Assembly: GCA_013265495.1 (NCBI GenBank)
Contig: MU058844.1
Location: forward strand, 688,941-752,940
Source: Vicugna vicugna
Taxonomy: Eukaryota
Length of the DNA: 64,000 nt
Direction: 5' to 3'
Positions 39,808 through 52,150 of this stretch are shown here, piece by piece. Position 1 is the first letter of the stretch; each line of letters opens with the position of its first letter. The position numbers were made by a program, and so were the translations under genes. Under the pieces are notes generated by a model. That model worked only from the letters and a program-made list of their open reading frames with translations. It had not been told where the DNA came from and did no database searches.

Positions 39808-40092
39808 AAGGAATAGAGAGAGGGGAAAGAAGTAATTCTTTCTTAGTTCCCAGGTGTTAATGATTTGGCAACTTTGGCCAACATAAGAGACATTTAGTTG
39901 CAAGAGAGAAAAACATAAAATTCTCAACATTTTCCCTGCCTACTCCCACCACTGTCCACCTCCAGCTGCCCCTCATCTGCCAGGACTAGTCTTCCAGCCA
40001 AGACTGAAACTGAGGGTTTTAGAAAAGGTTCACCTGGATTTATTCAGGCACAGTTTTTCAGTAAGTATGTCAAAGTGACAGTCAACATACTT
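39808..40092 (-). repeat. Right arm of long inverted repeat
   Basis: Reverse complement of 38590-38875. Confidence 0.97.
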
Positions 40093-40254
40093 GACCTGGG
40101 CTAACTATAGAGAAAATCCAATGAGATATTTCCTTAATGAAGCATAAGAAAGAAGGATGGCTTTTGGAGATGGCAGATCAGGGGCTTCCAGAAAATCAGG
40201 TTTTTTTTATTTGTTTGTTAAAATCAGACTTCTGCCCAAATGATAGCTAATCCT

Positions 40255-40445
40255 ATTCTCTGTCATGAAATGTAGTTCACAGACCATCTACATCCAAATT
40301 AACTGAGATTATTTTTTAAATGAAAAATGAGGGCTCCTACCCTAGACTATTGAATCAGAATCTCTAGGTGTGGAGTTTGGGAATCTGCATTTTTACTAAT
40401 GTCTCCTGATATTTCTTACATACACTGAAAATTTCAGAACCATCA
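40255..40445. mobile_element. MER5 MITE
   Basis: 'ccctagactattgaatcagaatctctagg...gggaatctgcatttttac...tttcagaaccat'. Confidence 0.75.
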
Positions 40446-40592
40446 ATTTGGTGGTTAGGAACACATTATCTCCCAACTTCTGGCTGTGTGACTGTGGACA
40501 ATTTACTTGACTTCTCTGAGCTTCAGTTTCCTCGTCTCTAAAATGAGCATAATAACTCCTTAGAGGATGATTTATTAAAAAAATAATGTACC

Positions 40593-41131
40593 TGTAGCAG
40601 ACACTGTTGCTTGTCTACCACATTGCCATTTTCCAGCCCATTCTCTTCTTTTTTTGCCTGTGGAGTCCAGTTTTGTTTGAGTAGAGCGATCACTATTCCC
40701 TGTGTTCAAGAAAGGTAAGCCAGGGTGAATCGTGATTGGTCTAAGATGATATTGGCAGTGTCGTTCCCTTGGCATTGATTGGCTCAGGTATGGATAAGTG
40801 ATGTGATTTTGAACAATGAGATGTGAGGGAAATCGATAGGGTCCTTCTGCGGTAGGGCTTTCCCAACCAATAAGAAGATATCTGTAGGAGGTATACTCTT
40901 CTAGATGTTGCGGTATCTGTGGCATCTAGAATCATTGCAACCATTGTGCAACTACAAGAGAGATGCCAAGAATGGCAGAGTTGGAGGATGGATCCTCCAT
41001 GACGTTATGCTGCACAATCAGCCAACCCTGGAATCAGCCACTCCTTGCCAATGATTAGGAGATAGGAAACGCCTACTGCTCAAGCCCGTTTTAGTCAGCT
41101 ACTCTCACAGCTGAAAGCGTTCTAATGGACA
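40593..41131 (+). mobile_element. MLT1I/J-like LTR inserted in a MIR
   Basis: TG...CA ends ('tgtagcagacactg' ... 'gctgaaagcgttctaatggaca'); MIR halves at ~40450-40590 and ~41140-41210. Confidence 0.7.
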
Positions 41132-42190
41132 TGGCAGGTAATGCCCTTAGCTTAGTGCCTAAAGCATAATACTTGCGCAATAAATGGCAACTGTCATTAT
41201 TATTATTAACAAAAATAGCGGACTTCTTATCTGTTAAATTTAGGGCAGGGATTGTAGTGCCAATCCTATTATAAGACACTATGCTCAAAAATATTTGCTG
41301 AAAGTTTGTATTCATTATCCTTGTTTCCCACTCTTTGTTTCAGCCTATTGAAATCATGGTGATTCTATTATACAGTGTATATCAGCTCTCCTTCCTAGCC
41401 TTGAGTTTGTTGCAAATTTGACAAATTTTTCAGCCTTTAAAATTTTCACTTAAATTTGGACCCCCTTGAAAGATGGTTATGATTTGAACAGGAGAAATAG
41501 GCTTCTTTGTTGAAGACGGGAGCACACCACAACTGATAATTATTCAGATGACAAACCTGATTTCATGATTTGTCATGGATTGTCCTAAGTTAAGCTTTGT
41601 AAAGGCATTTGGAGGGCAGCTTGTGGAGTGTAAGGAGTTGGGAATTTATCCCATTAAGTCCCTGGTGGTTTTGTCTGGCGAGGCATCTGGGGCAGTTAGC
41701 TGAAGTTAGGTACCCTGCACAAGGTCATCAAAGAGGGATTAGAATTCACAGTCACAGTGCCTGGAATTCCTGTGCGTGACTGGACTCTGCTATGTGATGA
41801 TACTTGGGGGCAACAGCAATTATCGCGGCAACCATATCTCCAGAACAAGGGGAGGGACAATGGTGGAGTCAGACTCATTGACTCATAGAATGGTACGACT
41901 GGAAAAAATGCTGGGGACTGTCTGGTCCAACACTCTCATTTTCCAGAGGAGGAAATTGCCATCCATAGACATCGAGTGACATTTCTAAGATTTCATGGCC
42001 AAAAAGTGGCAGAGTGGAGATGAGGACTTTGGTCTTACGATGCTTGGCTTCCTGCTTATTCCTTGTATCATTTCTGCTGACATTATTTAAAAACACCCTT
42101 TCTAGAGTTTCATGACATGAGAACTACAAGCATGTGGCAACATTGTAAAGCAGATTTGCATTCTCTTAGTAGATCCATTGCTTAACTTTA

Positions 42191-42323
42191 TAATGACTTT
42201 TTGAGGAGGGGTAGGTAATTAGGTTTAATTTATTTGTTTATTTTTAGAGGAGGTACTGGAGATTGAACCCAACACCCTGTGCATGCTGAGCATGCACTCT
42301 ACCACTGAGCTGTACCCTCCCTG
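42191..42323 (-). mobile_element. tRNA-derived SINE (vic-1-like)
   Basis: Reverse complement 'gggagggtacagctcagtggtagagtgcatgctcagcatgcaca...gggttcaatctccagtacctcc'; 14-bp TSD attgcttaacttta (42177-42190, 42324-42337). Confidence 0.9.
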
Positions 42324-43149
42324 ATTGCTTAACTTTAATTTATTTCACTGTCTAGTTTCATCAGGACTTCCTGTATTTCTTTTGAATTACTGGCAGATGT
42401 GTTAAGCCAGTACTTACTTCTGGCTGGTTTATCAAGACATATTTGTGAAGTATGTCCATAATGTAAAGAGGTGACTCTAGAATCTAGTCTTGTTACTTCA
42501 TATTCAAATAACATATATGAAAATTGGGGAACTACTCCTCATGACTGAACTACCATTATAGAGCACCAACTATATGTTAAGAATTGATCTGGGCACAGCA
42601 CACGTCACAATATGTCATTTTTATCCTTATAAAAAAGCCAAGGAAATTTGTGCTGCTATGGCCGTTTTATAGATGAGAGAAGTGGGGGTCAACTTCACAC
42701 AGCTGAAAACTGTACAGGTAGAACTAGAAGCCAGGTCCATTTGGCATTGAATCCAGAACCCTTGATGGATTTAAAAAAAAACAAAACAAAAAAAAAGGAA
42801 ATGGGAATTCTGACAGAGAAATAATTTGGGGTCTAAGGCACAGACCACAGAGGACAGTATCAGGAGCAGAGTTGTCTGGGTCATCTGGTAATGAGGGTAC
42901 TCAATTCCAGAAAAGCAATCACCAGAAATCAAGAGCTTTGGCTTTTTCACAGTGTTGTGGAGTTGGCCCCACTTCTGAATATCTACCAAAAATATGTTCG
43001 GTTTGTAGGGCAACGTGTCACTGTCCACCAGCTGGATGGAGATGCCAACTAGGGTTTGAGGTTTTCACACTGACATTTCATTCACAAAAGGAATTGTGCT
43101 CTTGATTCTGCAATATGGGGGAGAAGGAGCCCCCCTGGGCTTTGGCAGG

Positions 43150-43400
43150 TGCAGCATAGGGTCGGGGTTTAGAGCATGGCCTGTGCATTTAGACTTAGAT
43201 TTAGTCCCAGGTCACCAGTTAAAAGGTATGTGACCTTGGACCAGTGACCTTCATCTCTAAATTCTACTCTCTAAAATGGTTCAATAATAGCACTTACCTC
43301 ATAGCCTTGCTCTGAAGTTTCAATGAGATGATACATGTAAAACACTGGTCATGGTGCCAGGCACTCAGTAAATAAATGTTCACAGTTATCATCATCATCT
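43150..43400 (+). mobile_element. MIR SINE, near full length
   Basis: 'tgtgaccttgg...taaaatggttcaataatagcacttacctcatag...gtgccaggcactcagtaaataaatgtt'. Confidence 0.85.
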
Positions 43401-43759
43401 TCGGTGTTACTATTCTGGTGGCTCCACCTGACAGATCAGGAGAGGAGGGCTCTACTTTTTCACTTCCTCTGCAGATCTGCATTCCTGCTTACTTCAGTAG
43501 GTCACACACAAGCTTTCTGGACCTTAGTGTCATAATAAAAAGTCAGTGAGAGTGCCCCTATATCACTATGCCACATCAGAAATAGGTAGAGATGAGAGAA
43601 AATGCCTGGTTGCCATCCTGGGCTATGTATTATAGTCACTGATGATGCTTTTGTAAAAGTAGATCATTTCTGAGCCAAACTTGAGGCCAAGCTCCTGTGT
43701 TTCTTAAAATGACAACAAAAGTTCATTGTCCCATTTGTGCTCATCTTAATTCATGAAGG

Positions 43760-44279
43760 TGACTGAGAGGTGACATGGAGATGCCAATACCAGTGAAAGA
43801 AGAATTTATTACTTACATTTCCCAAGAGGAGTAGCCACGTGGCCACATCACATGGGCCCACGTGGAAAGCACCAGGTTTGGTCAGGAGCCAGAGGAAAGG
43901 CTAAGCCAGGGCCTTTATTGCGGGGGGTTCTGCAGAAAAGACATGGCAGGGCAGAGTAAACAGTTAAAAAGGGCTAGTTTGAATAATTGTGCTGGGCTTT
44001 GGGTTATAGAAGTGGTCTCTAGTTGCCTGGTACCTGGCTCTGGAATGATTTAGGGCAAAGGAAACATTGACTTGATGTGTAAAAGTTAGAGAAAGGAGCT
44101 GATTGGGAATTACGGGCTCAGGATTGGTTGGTTTGCATATGAAAGTTGTGTTCATGGGTAAGATGTAATCTTTAGGAATTAGCTAGCCCCGAAAGGGGCA
44201 CTCTCTCTCCAGATCTGTAAGGTCCCCCAAATAGGAAAACATCATTGGATACAGAAAAACAAAAACCATAATTAATACA
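43760..44279. mobile_element. ERVL solo LTR (MER54/MER74-like)
   Basis: 'aagaatttattacttaca...cacgtggaaagcaccaggtttggtcaggag...gggcctttattgcgg'; ends 'taattaataca'. Confidence 0.7.
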
Positions 44280-44541
44280 ACCATTCATCCAGTCCCTACG
44301 CTTATTCCCTTGTCCTTCAAACTTCAGTGCTCTCTGAAAAATAGATGAAGTCATTAGCATCAAGGTCAAGTGCACAGGTCAAGGAGTTTTCAGTAAAAAA
44401 AAGTAAAACTTGTATGCTCTGGTAGATGATGCTAAAAGTAGCCTTGCATTATCTCTCAGGTTCTGTGGTGTCTCACAACTTACAATCTGTTTACAGCCTG
44501 CACAGAGAAAAGGAAAAGAAAGGCAATGACAAAAGAGTTCA

Positions 44542-44676
44542 TGGTGGGGAGGGTATTGCTCAGTGATGGAGCGTGTGCTTAGCATGCACGAGGTCCTGGG
44601 TTCAATCCCCAGTACCTCTGTTAAAAAAATAAATCTAATTACCTCTCCCCAAAATTTAAAAAATTGAAAAGAAAAG
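44542..44676 (+). mobile_element. tRNA-derived SINE (vic-1-like)
   Basis: 'ggggagggtattgctcagtgatggagcgtgtgcttagcatgcacgaggtcctgggttcaatccccagtacctc', A-rich tail, TSD aaaa(g/c)agttca. Confidence 0.9.
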
Positions 44677-46924
44677 AAAACAGTTCAGAGAAAACCTACT
44701 GCAGCCTGTTGTATCTTCTGGTCGTGCTACTGGGCAACCAGCAAATTCACATCAGCCTTGCAGCTGCCTGTTGCTGGTTTAGAATCTTCGGTTTCCTGTT
44801 TTAGAAAGGAGTCTACGTTATAACTGCAGATTTCACCATATAAAATGAGACAAAGGCAAACACCACTTAACTCCCACCCTTACAAGAGCACTGATGCTAT
44901 AAATTATTCACTGTGTCAGATTTTCTTTCACAGCATCTATTTTTGTAGCAGGTGTAAAAGATTTAGAAGACTGAATCAACTCTCATAGTGTAGAGTTTTA
45001 CGGCAACCCGTTAACTGATGCAAATATTCCCAAGACTCGAGCATATGAATTATGGTTCACACTTATCGCCAAATAAACTGGAAACCCAGACTTTGGGCCT
45101 GTTTTATTATCACAGACTCATACCTGCTCCCCAAGATGCTATTTCCATTGCAGTTTATCTTGCGTATGTTCATGGGTGACTTGCTGATACAGGTCACCAG
45201 GTTTTTGATACAGTAACACAAATCTTGAGACCAGAGTGTTGACGGGATTGCATTTGTTCTCAACTCTGCACGAGAGCAGTTTTATTTTTTTCCCCCTAAC
45301 ATTACTGATATATATTGCTTTGATCTCTAATATATGATCTTTCTAAATATTTACTGAGCAATTAGTAGAGTGTAAGGGCCTGTTCATGTTTTTATATCCC
45401 TCTCATAAGCAGTAAGCTCTATTAGGCACGTATTGGAAAACGAACACTTGAATAGGGAATCATCTTACTACAGCATTTCTCAAGACGTTCTTCGTGGTCC
45501 ACTTAAGGTCTGAAAGGACCCACCCAATGGGCATTGAATGAATTAATGAAACAATGCAAGACCTTCCTATTCTAGAGTTCCTGGATTTTCACTATACATA
45601 CTATGGCCTATTTACTAGTAAATAAGCAAGTTTATTAAAAGTTCCTAAAATTAGATATTCATATTTTTGTTGAGTTTTTTGAGTATCCCACTAGAGAATT
45701 CTTGAGTAGATTGCATATTCCACTAAGACAGCTTGTTTGTGTGTAATACTTGTCAATCCTGCAAACTCTCACTGCGTGTACACAGATGCAGGCAGCTGGT
45801 TGGACTCCACATTGCATTTGGGAAGGGTCTTTGTTATCAGTGCCTCAAAGATTCTGTCTTGAGTTGATAATGCTTTTCAATTGCTACTATCCTTAATTTA
45901 ATCAATATTTTCACATTTTTACTTCTGTAATCTTTGTATTATTGAGGGACTTTTTAAATTGGAAAGTGGAATTGGGTGGAATATGTGGACCATTGAAACT
46001 TTGACCCTGACTGAGCTGTCCCCAATCAAAAATGAGGAGAGCTACAGCTCTAGACCCGAGTTTCTCATGTCATGATTGATGTGGTCAACTGTGAGATACA
46101 GTGCAAACAATCTGTTACTACTAATAATTGAAATACCAAGTTTACAGATGATTTATATTTCTGTGTAAGTTGATGAGGACTCAAGGTTAATCTGTGGAAT
46201 AATGCTATTCTTGTTTACTGCCTTTGATAGACTTTCTTGAATGGGAGAGAAAGGGAAGGGAATTGTAAAACTGGACATTGTATCTAATCTGAAACCACCT
46301 TGTCAAACCCACATCCTGCAAAGAGTGTCTGCTGATATTCACAGCAAAGGGAATTACCAATTATTACAATGCGTATGAGCTTTGACTTTATGGCTTTTTC
46401 AGGTTTTTAAAAAAAATTTCTTTCTCCCTGCATATGAGATGTGAGTTATTGAGGGTTTCAAGAATGTTCCCATCTCTCTTAGCTACATTGTAAATTTCAT
46501 TTTGGCACCCCTGCTAACACAGTAATCCATTTTCTTTTGAATTCCATCCATGGACAAATTTGTAACAAAAAAGGCAAGGGGATTATGATGATTTCCTAGA
46601 ACTCGACAGTCATAATCATCAAACTACAGGCACTCAGAATGAGGTTGTACCTGAAAAGTCACACTGTCATTTTTATTATTTATCAGAATCTGTACATTGT
46701 AAATTCTCTATTTTAAACTGATTTTTATGCCTACTGTTAAATAGAACTTATGTCATGAATTAATTTAACAAATTTTGATTCATGCATTATGTGCTAGGTA
46801 TAAAATTGTCAACAAGGTAGACATGGGCTTGCCTCTCCTGAAGCTTGCATAATGCTGGAAGGTTGGGGCGGAGTGTTGGGGGCATAACAAAGGGAGGTAA
46901 GAGTGAGGGATGTGTCCATGGATA

Positions 46925-47388
46925 TGCTGCGGAAAAATGTGTTACAGCTCAGTGTTACAGCTCAGTTGTGACAGCAACCTGGATCCGGGCAAGAGACCAA
47001 GCAGCACTTGGAGAGTTGGAGAACTCAGGTTTATTACACCAGCGGGCCCAGAGGAGTTAACACTCCAAGCTCTGGACACCATCTGTAGGTTTACACAGGC
47101 CTTTTATAGGCTGCCAGTTTTACACTTTGTGACATCATATGCAAATAAAGTATAACAGAAATTGACCAACCAGGAACAAGCTTTGTAGAAATAGACCAAT
47201 CAGGAGTGAAGGAAATAACCAATCAGAAGTGAGCTCAGGGAACCAATAGAATTTTAGGAGTAAGTAAGCCGGTTCAGACGCAAAAAGTGAGATAGAGCCT
47301 CTGGGCCAGGGAACCGGATGGTGCCGGCAGGAGAGTAGTGGCCCTGCTTGGGGGTCCTGCCAGTCTTTTTATAGGGCTTCCCACCTCA
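46925..47388 (-). mobile_element. Young 464-bp solo LTR, probably ERV1 class, inserted in an L2
   Basis: TG...CA termini, 4-bp TSD 'gata' (46921-46924, 47389-47392); CCAAT boxes, minus-strand TATAAAA (~47102-47108) and AATAAA (~47029-47034); several CpGs retained. Confidence 0.85.
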
Positions 47389-47904
47389 GATACAGATAAG
47401 TAAACAGGCAATTACAGTACAGGGTCTTAAGAGCCTTGGTAGGGTAAGTTTCGGATCCCATGGGGATACATAGGGAGGGGCATATAACCCCAACTGAGGG
47501 AATCACAGGGAAGCTTTTAAGAGGGTAGTTATACCTAAGGTGAGATGCAAAAAAATGAAAAGCAAGTTGACTTATGATATTACCTATCAAAGTAGAAGTC
47601 TAGAAAAAAGTCAAGGTTTGTTAATTCAAAATATAGTTTAAAAATTGAAAATTGATTTCCTATTTTCTTGTAAGATACAGACATATTTTATCTTATAAGA
47701 GCATTATAAGGGATCTTTAAATGGATGATTTCATCATTCACATGTTAAATGGTTCTGAATTTCACAACCTTTTCCCATCTAAATCAAAATGGCACCACTT
47801 TTCTTTCTTCCCAGAAAATTAATTTCAGTATTTGCCAGATCTGGGCCCTGCTTGAGGACAACATTATCACGCATATCACAGTGAGAGAAGACGATTGACA
47901 TTTG

Positions 47905-48330
47905 TTTACTATATACGAAATATTTATTGAGCACTTACTATGTACCAGGCAGTGTTCTATGGGCTGGAGATACAACAGAGACCAAAGCAATGTCTTTGCC
48001 CTCATAGTACTCACATCTAGTGGGGAAGATAACTAAAAAATAATTTAATGTGTGAAATGCCAGGTAGGGATAAGTATCATGAAAGAAGGCAGAGAGTTTT
48101 GGGGTGGGAAGAAGCTATTTTTGATAGAGTCATTAGAGAAGCTCCTATAATGAGATGACAACTTAGCAGAGACCTGAGTGAAGTGTAGGAGTGAGCCACA
48201 CAGTTCTCTGGAGAAAGAGTGTTCCAGGTAGAGGGAACAGCAAGTGCAAAGGCTCTGGGGTAGGAATATCCTGTATTTAAAATTGGCTGCCAGAAGACTG
48301 GTTGAAAGTGATGTGGTGGGATGAGAAATA
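47905..48330 (-). mobile_element. L2 3' region
   Basis: 'aaatatttattgagcacttactatgtaccaggcagtgttct...gagggaacagcaagtgcaaaggctctg'. Confidence 0.9.
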
Positions 48331-48737
48331 ACATGTGAATCTGGCACTTTTAAGAGGAGAGAGGAAGAAGTCTCTTAACTTTCAAATCTCTGTAAAGGAG
48401 CTTCAAAATTATGCTTTAAAGAAAGTAACCGTTCTGTCCAGAGTCTAGATCATTGGTTCATATATTCCAGAGTATTTTTATTTCTGTTTATTTATTTCTG
48501 TTTCTGATGTTTCATAAACCTCAGATAGTCCTCTTCTGCCTTCACCTTCTTCTGTTTGTTTGGATAGATGTCCAAAAACAGGAGGATAGGTATTCTTCTT
48601 ATAATCACTGCTTTCCTTCTCACATTATCTAGACATATTCCAATCCTACCCAACTCTTCAGCTTAGCTGAGGTTTCCCACTCTGTTCCCACACTCTTCAT
48701 AGATCAGGAACCCAAGGATCAGAGTGGTTAAGCAATC

Positions 48738-49087
48738 TGTATTAGTCAGCTAAGGCTGCAGCATTAAGATACTATAGACTAGGAGGCTGGAACAACAGAA
48801 ATTAATTTTTTCACAGTTAAGGGTGCCAGCATGGTGGGGTTTTGGTGCAAGCCCTTCATGGCTTGCAGATGGCTGTCTTCATGCTGTGTCCTCACATAGC
48901 AGGGAGAAAGAGAAAGCTCTCCAGCGTCTTGTCTTATAAAGGCATTTATGCTACTATGAGGGTCCCACCCCCATGACCGTCTCTAAACTTATTTACCACC
49001 CAGAGATCTTATTTTCAGATTCCTTCATAATGGGGATTAGGGCTTCACCATGTAAACCTAAGAGGAACACAGTTCAGTCCATGGGAC
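48738..49087 (-). mobile_element. MaLR solo LTR (MLT1A/MST-like) inserted in a MIR
   Basis: 'tgtattagtcagctaaggctgc...aacaacagaaatt...ggggattagggcttcaccatgt...acacagttcagtccat'. Confidence 0.85.
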
Positions 49088-49521
49088 TGCCCAAGGCACA
49101 TGGTGAGTAAGTGGAGAGTCTGAGACTCAAGCTTGGGCTTTTAGTCTTCATGTTCAGTGCTGTATAACATTGTTACATTTTTACAAAACAGGTGGTTCAA
49201 TGATTAGTAGAACTGATTTCACTTCCTTTGAAATACTAGACAAAGCAGTGACTTATGCCTAAATGTAAGCATCCAGAGAAGGAGAGAGGATGAGGGGAGA
49301 CCTGTACTCATCAACTGCCAAGAGGAAGAGCTTAAATGCTGGATGTATGATAGGATCATCCGAAGTACACGAATCAGTTAGGTCAGTTTTGTAAGTTATC
49401 ACATTGTTGTTTTTGCTCGCTACAGCTAGAATAGAACAAAATTCCACCACAACCACGTCTAATTTGAGCCCTGATCTTCAAAATGTTTACTCTTGTAAAG
49501 CCTATGTTAAAAGATATCTTC

Positions 49522-50518
49522 CAGAGAAAATACATAAATTGGACTTCATTAAAGTGAAAACTTTTGTGTATCAAAGGACGCTGTCAACAGAGTGGAAGGG
49601 CAACCTATGGAATGGAAGAAAGAATTTGCAAATCATATATATATAAAATAAGCAAGGAAATGTAAAGAACAACATAAAAAGTCAACCCAACTGGAAAAAT
49701 GGGCAAAGAACTTAGACATTTCTCCAAAGAAAATATACAGATGACCAATAAGCACATAAAAAGATGTTCAATACCACGAATCAGTAGGGAAACGCAAATC
49801 AAAACCATAATGAGATACCACTTCACACCTATTAGGATGACTGTTATTAGGAAAAAAATCCAGAAAATCAATGTTAGTAAGGACATGAAGAAATTGGAAC
49901 CCTTGTGCGCTGTTAGTGGGGATGTAAAATGATTCAGCAGCTGTGGAAAATGGTATGGTAGCTTCTCAAAAAAACCCCCATAGATTACCATATGATCCAG
50001 CAATTGTACTTCTGGGTATATATCAACTGAAAGAAGGGACTTGAACAGGTTATTTGTACACCTATGTTCACAGCAGCATGATTCATAATAGCCAAGAGGT
50101 GAAAGCAATCCAAGTGCACACTGACAGATGAAAGGATAAACAAAATGAGGTATAAACAAGCAATGGAATATTATTCAGCCTTAAAAAGGGAAGAAACTTC
50201 TGACCCATGATATAATATGATGAACTTCAAGGACATTATGCTAAGTGAAATAAGCCAGGCACAAAAGGACAAATACTCTGTAATTCTACTCGTGTAAGTT
50301 AGCTGGAGTTGTCAAATTCATAGAAAGAGAAAGTAGAATGGTGGTTGTCAAGGGCTGGGGGGAGAGAGGGACACGAAATTGTTCAGATTTGCAAGATGAA
50401 AAAGTTCTAGAGATTGGTTTCGCAACAATGTGAATATATTAACACAACTGATCTGTACATTTCAAAATGTACAATAAATTTTATATTGTGAGTATTTCAC
50501 AGGAAATAAAATTAAAGA
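49522..50518 (+). mobile_element. L1M ORF2 3' end and 3'UTR (decayed)
   Basis: 'LRHFSKENIQMTNKHIKRCS...IRETQIKTIMRYHFTPIRM'-type L1 ORF2 sequence; degenerate TSD aaaagata(t/a)cttc. Confidence 0.92.
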
Positions 50519-50934
50519 AAAAGATAACTTCATGAAGAACAGTACTTCAGTGAACAAGCAGATGATGCCCAAATCTGAATTAGTTGATATTAGGAAAATG
50601 AAAAGGATAATTGGCTGTCATGATTCAGCTTCATTAGCAAAACTAGAGTTCTTAAATCCAACTTAACACAATAACTGGGTCATTTTTCAAATATGAAGCC
50701 TAACTGCATGAGCTTTCATCTTTTACTGAAGGCTAAGAAGGAGGAATAACAGACAGTTGGTTACCATCTGATACTCCTACTTTCTTTGCATCTTCATTAA
50801 TTGTAGCAAGAAAGAAAAACCTGTCTTTATTTTTAGCATAGCAGTAGCTCTGCCAGTTTTGTTTAACTGTCTAGATTCTTCATTTCCCTCTAGTGTCTTT
50901 TTTTCCTTTAAAAATTGTTTTAAGTTGTGTATGT

Positions 50935-51585
50935 GTTTTTTTTATTGAGGTATAGTTGATGTATATTATTATATAAGTTACAGGTGTACAACATAGTGAA
51001 TCATAATTTTAAAAGGTTACATGCCATTTATAGTTATTATAAAATATTGGCTGTATTCCCTGTGCAGTACAGTGTATCCTTGCAGCTTATTTATGTTATA
51101 CGTAGTTTGTACATTTTAGTCCTCTACCCCTATCCTGTCCCTCCCCACTTCTCTTTTCCCACTGGTAACCACTGGTTTGTTCCCTGTATCTGTGTCTGTT
51201 TCTTTTTGTTATATTCACTAGTTTATTGTATTTAGATTCCACATATAAGTGATATCATACACTATTTGTCTTTCTCTGTCTGACTTCTCTCACTAAGCAT
51301 AATACCCTCTATGTCCATTGATGTTGCAAATGGCAAAATTTTGTTCTTTTTAATGGCTGAGTAGTATTCCATTGTATGCATACCACGTCCTCTTTATCCA
51401 TTCATCTGTTGATGGACACCTAAGTTGCCTCCATATCTTGGCAATTATGTATAATGTTGCCATTAACACTAGGGTACATGTATCTTTTCAAATTAGTGAT
51501 TTTATTTTCACTTTTTCCAGATATATACCTAGAGGTGGAATTACTGGACCATATGGTAGTTTTATTTTTAGTTTTTTGAGAAACC
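50935..51585 (-). mobile_element. L1 3' region
   Basis: 'tttattgaggtatagttgat...ttagattccacatataagtgatatcatac...ccatatggtagttttatttttagttttttgagaaacc'. Confidence 0.9.
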
Positions 51586-51674
51586 CCCTCTAATGTTCTT
51601 CATGTAGTCAATGTGAATTTATTCAAGTTTGACTAGATGTGATGGTCAGTGGTTCCATGCAGGTTATTCGGTTT

Positions 51675-52150
51675 GCTCCTCTAGGTAGACACATTCTTAG
51701 CCTTTCCCTGCCGTGCTTTCTGCTCCAGGAAGAGGTGATTATGGACTGCATCACTCTCTGACTGCTAGAAGGATTTGGCCATTGGGAGGCAGCAACAGGA
51801 GATCAGAAGATGGGAAGAAAGCAGTGGGCTCTTCCTTGTCTGACTGCTCCCTGTCTCGCCATGGTTTGGTGTTGGCCAAAATCTCTATCTACCACCACAG
51901 TTCCTGTGGGGCAGCTCCACTCCCTTGACTATAGCCCTCACTGCACCTGGTATCACCATTTCTCTCCTCTGCCCTGTGAAAGCCCAGGGGAAGGAATAGT
52001 TAGCTTCCCGTTGTTGCTAGTCTCTGTGAGCAACTCAATCCCTTCTTGGTTTCCTTAACTCTGCCCCAATCCTGGAATAATCCCTTTCTATGTTTGTATG
52101 TAGGGGAAAAAAAAAGCATGCCATTTATTTCCTTCCAAGACTCTGATACA
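51675..52150. mobile_element. LTR33-like ERVL solo LTR
   Basis: 'tttggccattgggaggcagcaacaggagatcaga...tccttaactctgcccc...ccatttatttccttccaagactctgataca'. Confidence 0.65.

Noticed and set aside
38590..40092. Reading the inverted repeat as an autonomous DNA transposon or as an assembly artefact
   Set aside because: No transposase ORF or TSD was seen, and ~9% arm divergence argues against a mis-assembled duplicate; a non-autonomous element remains possible.
44545..44620. tRNA-like sequence with A and B boxes
   Set aside because: Head of a SINE with A-rich tail and TSD, present in four diverged copies; not a tRNA gene.
45124..45265. Possible 142-nt minus-strand exon with CAG|GTATGA donor and one open frame
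   Set aside because: Weak polypyrimidine tract, unrecognisable peptide, and its end phase does not fit the 39599 candidate's hydrophobic frame; could still be a non-coding exon.
49605..50159. 184-aa minus-strand ORF, the longest non-gap ORF
   Set aside because: Antisense frame of a decayed L1 ORF2; not a host gene.
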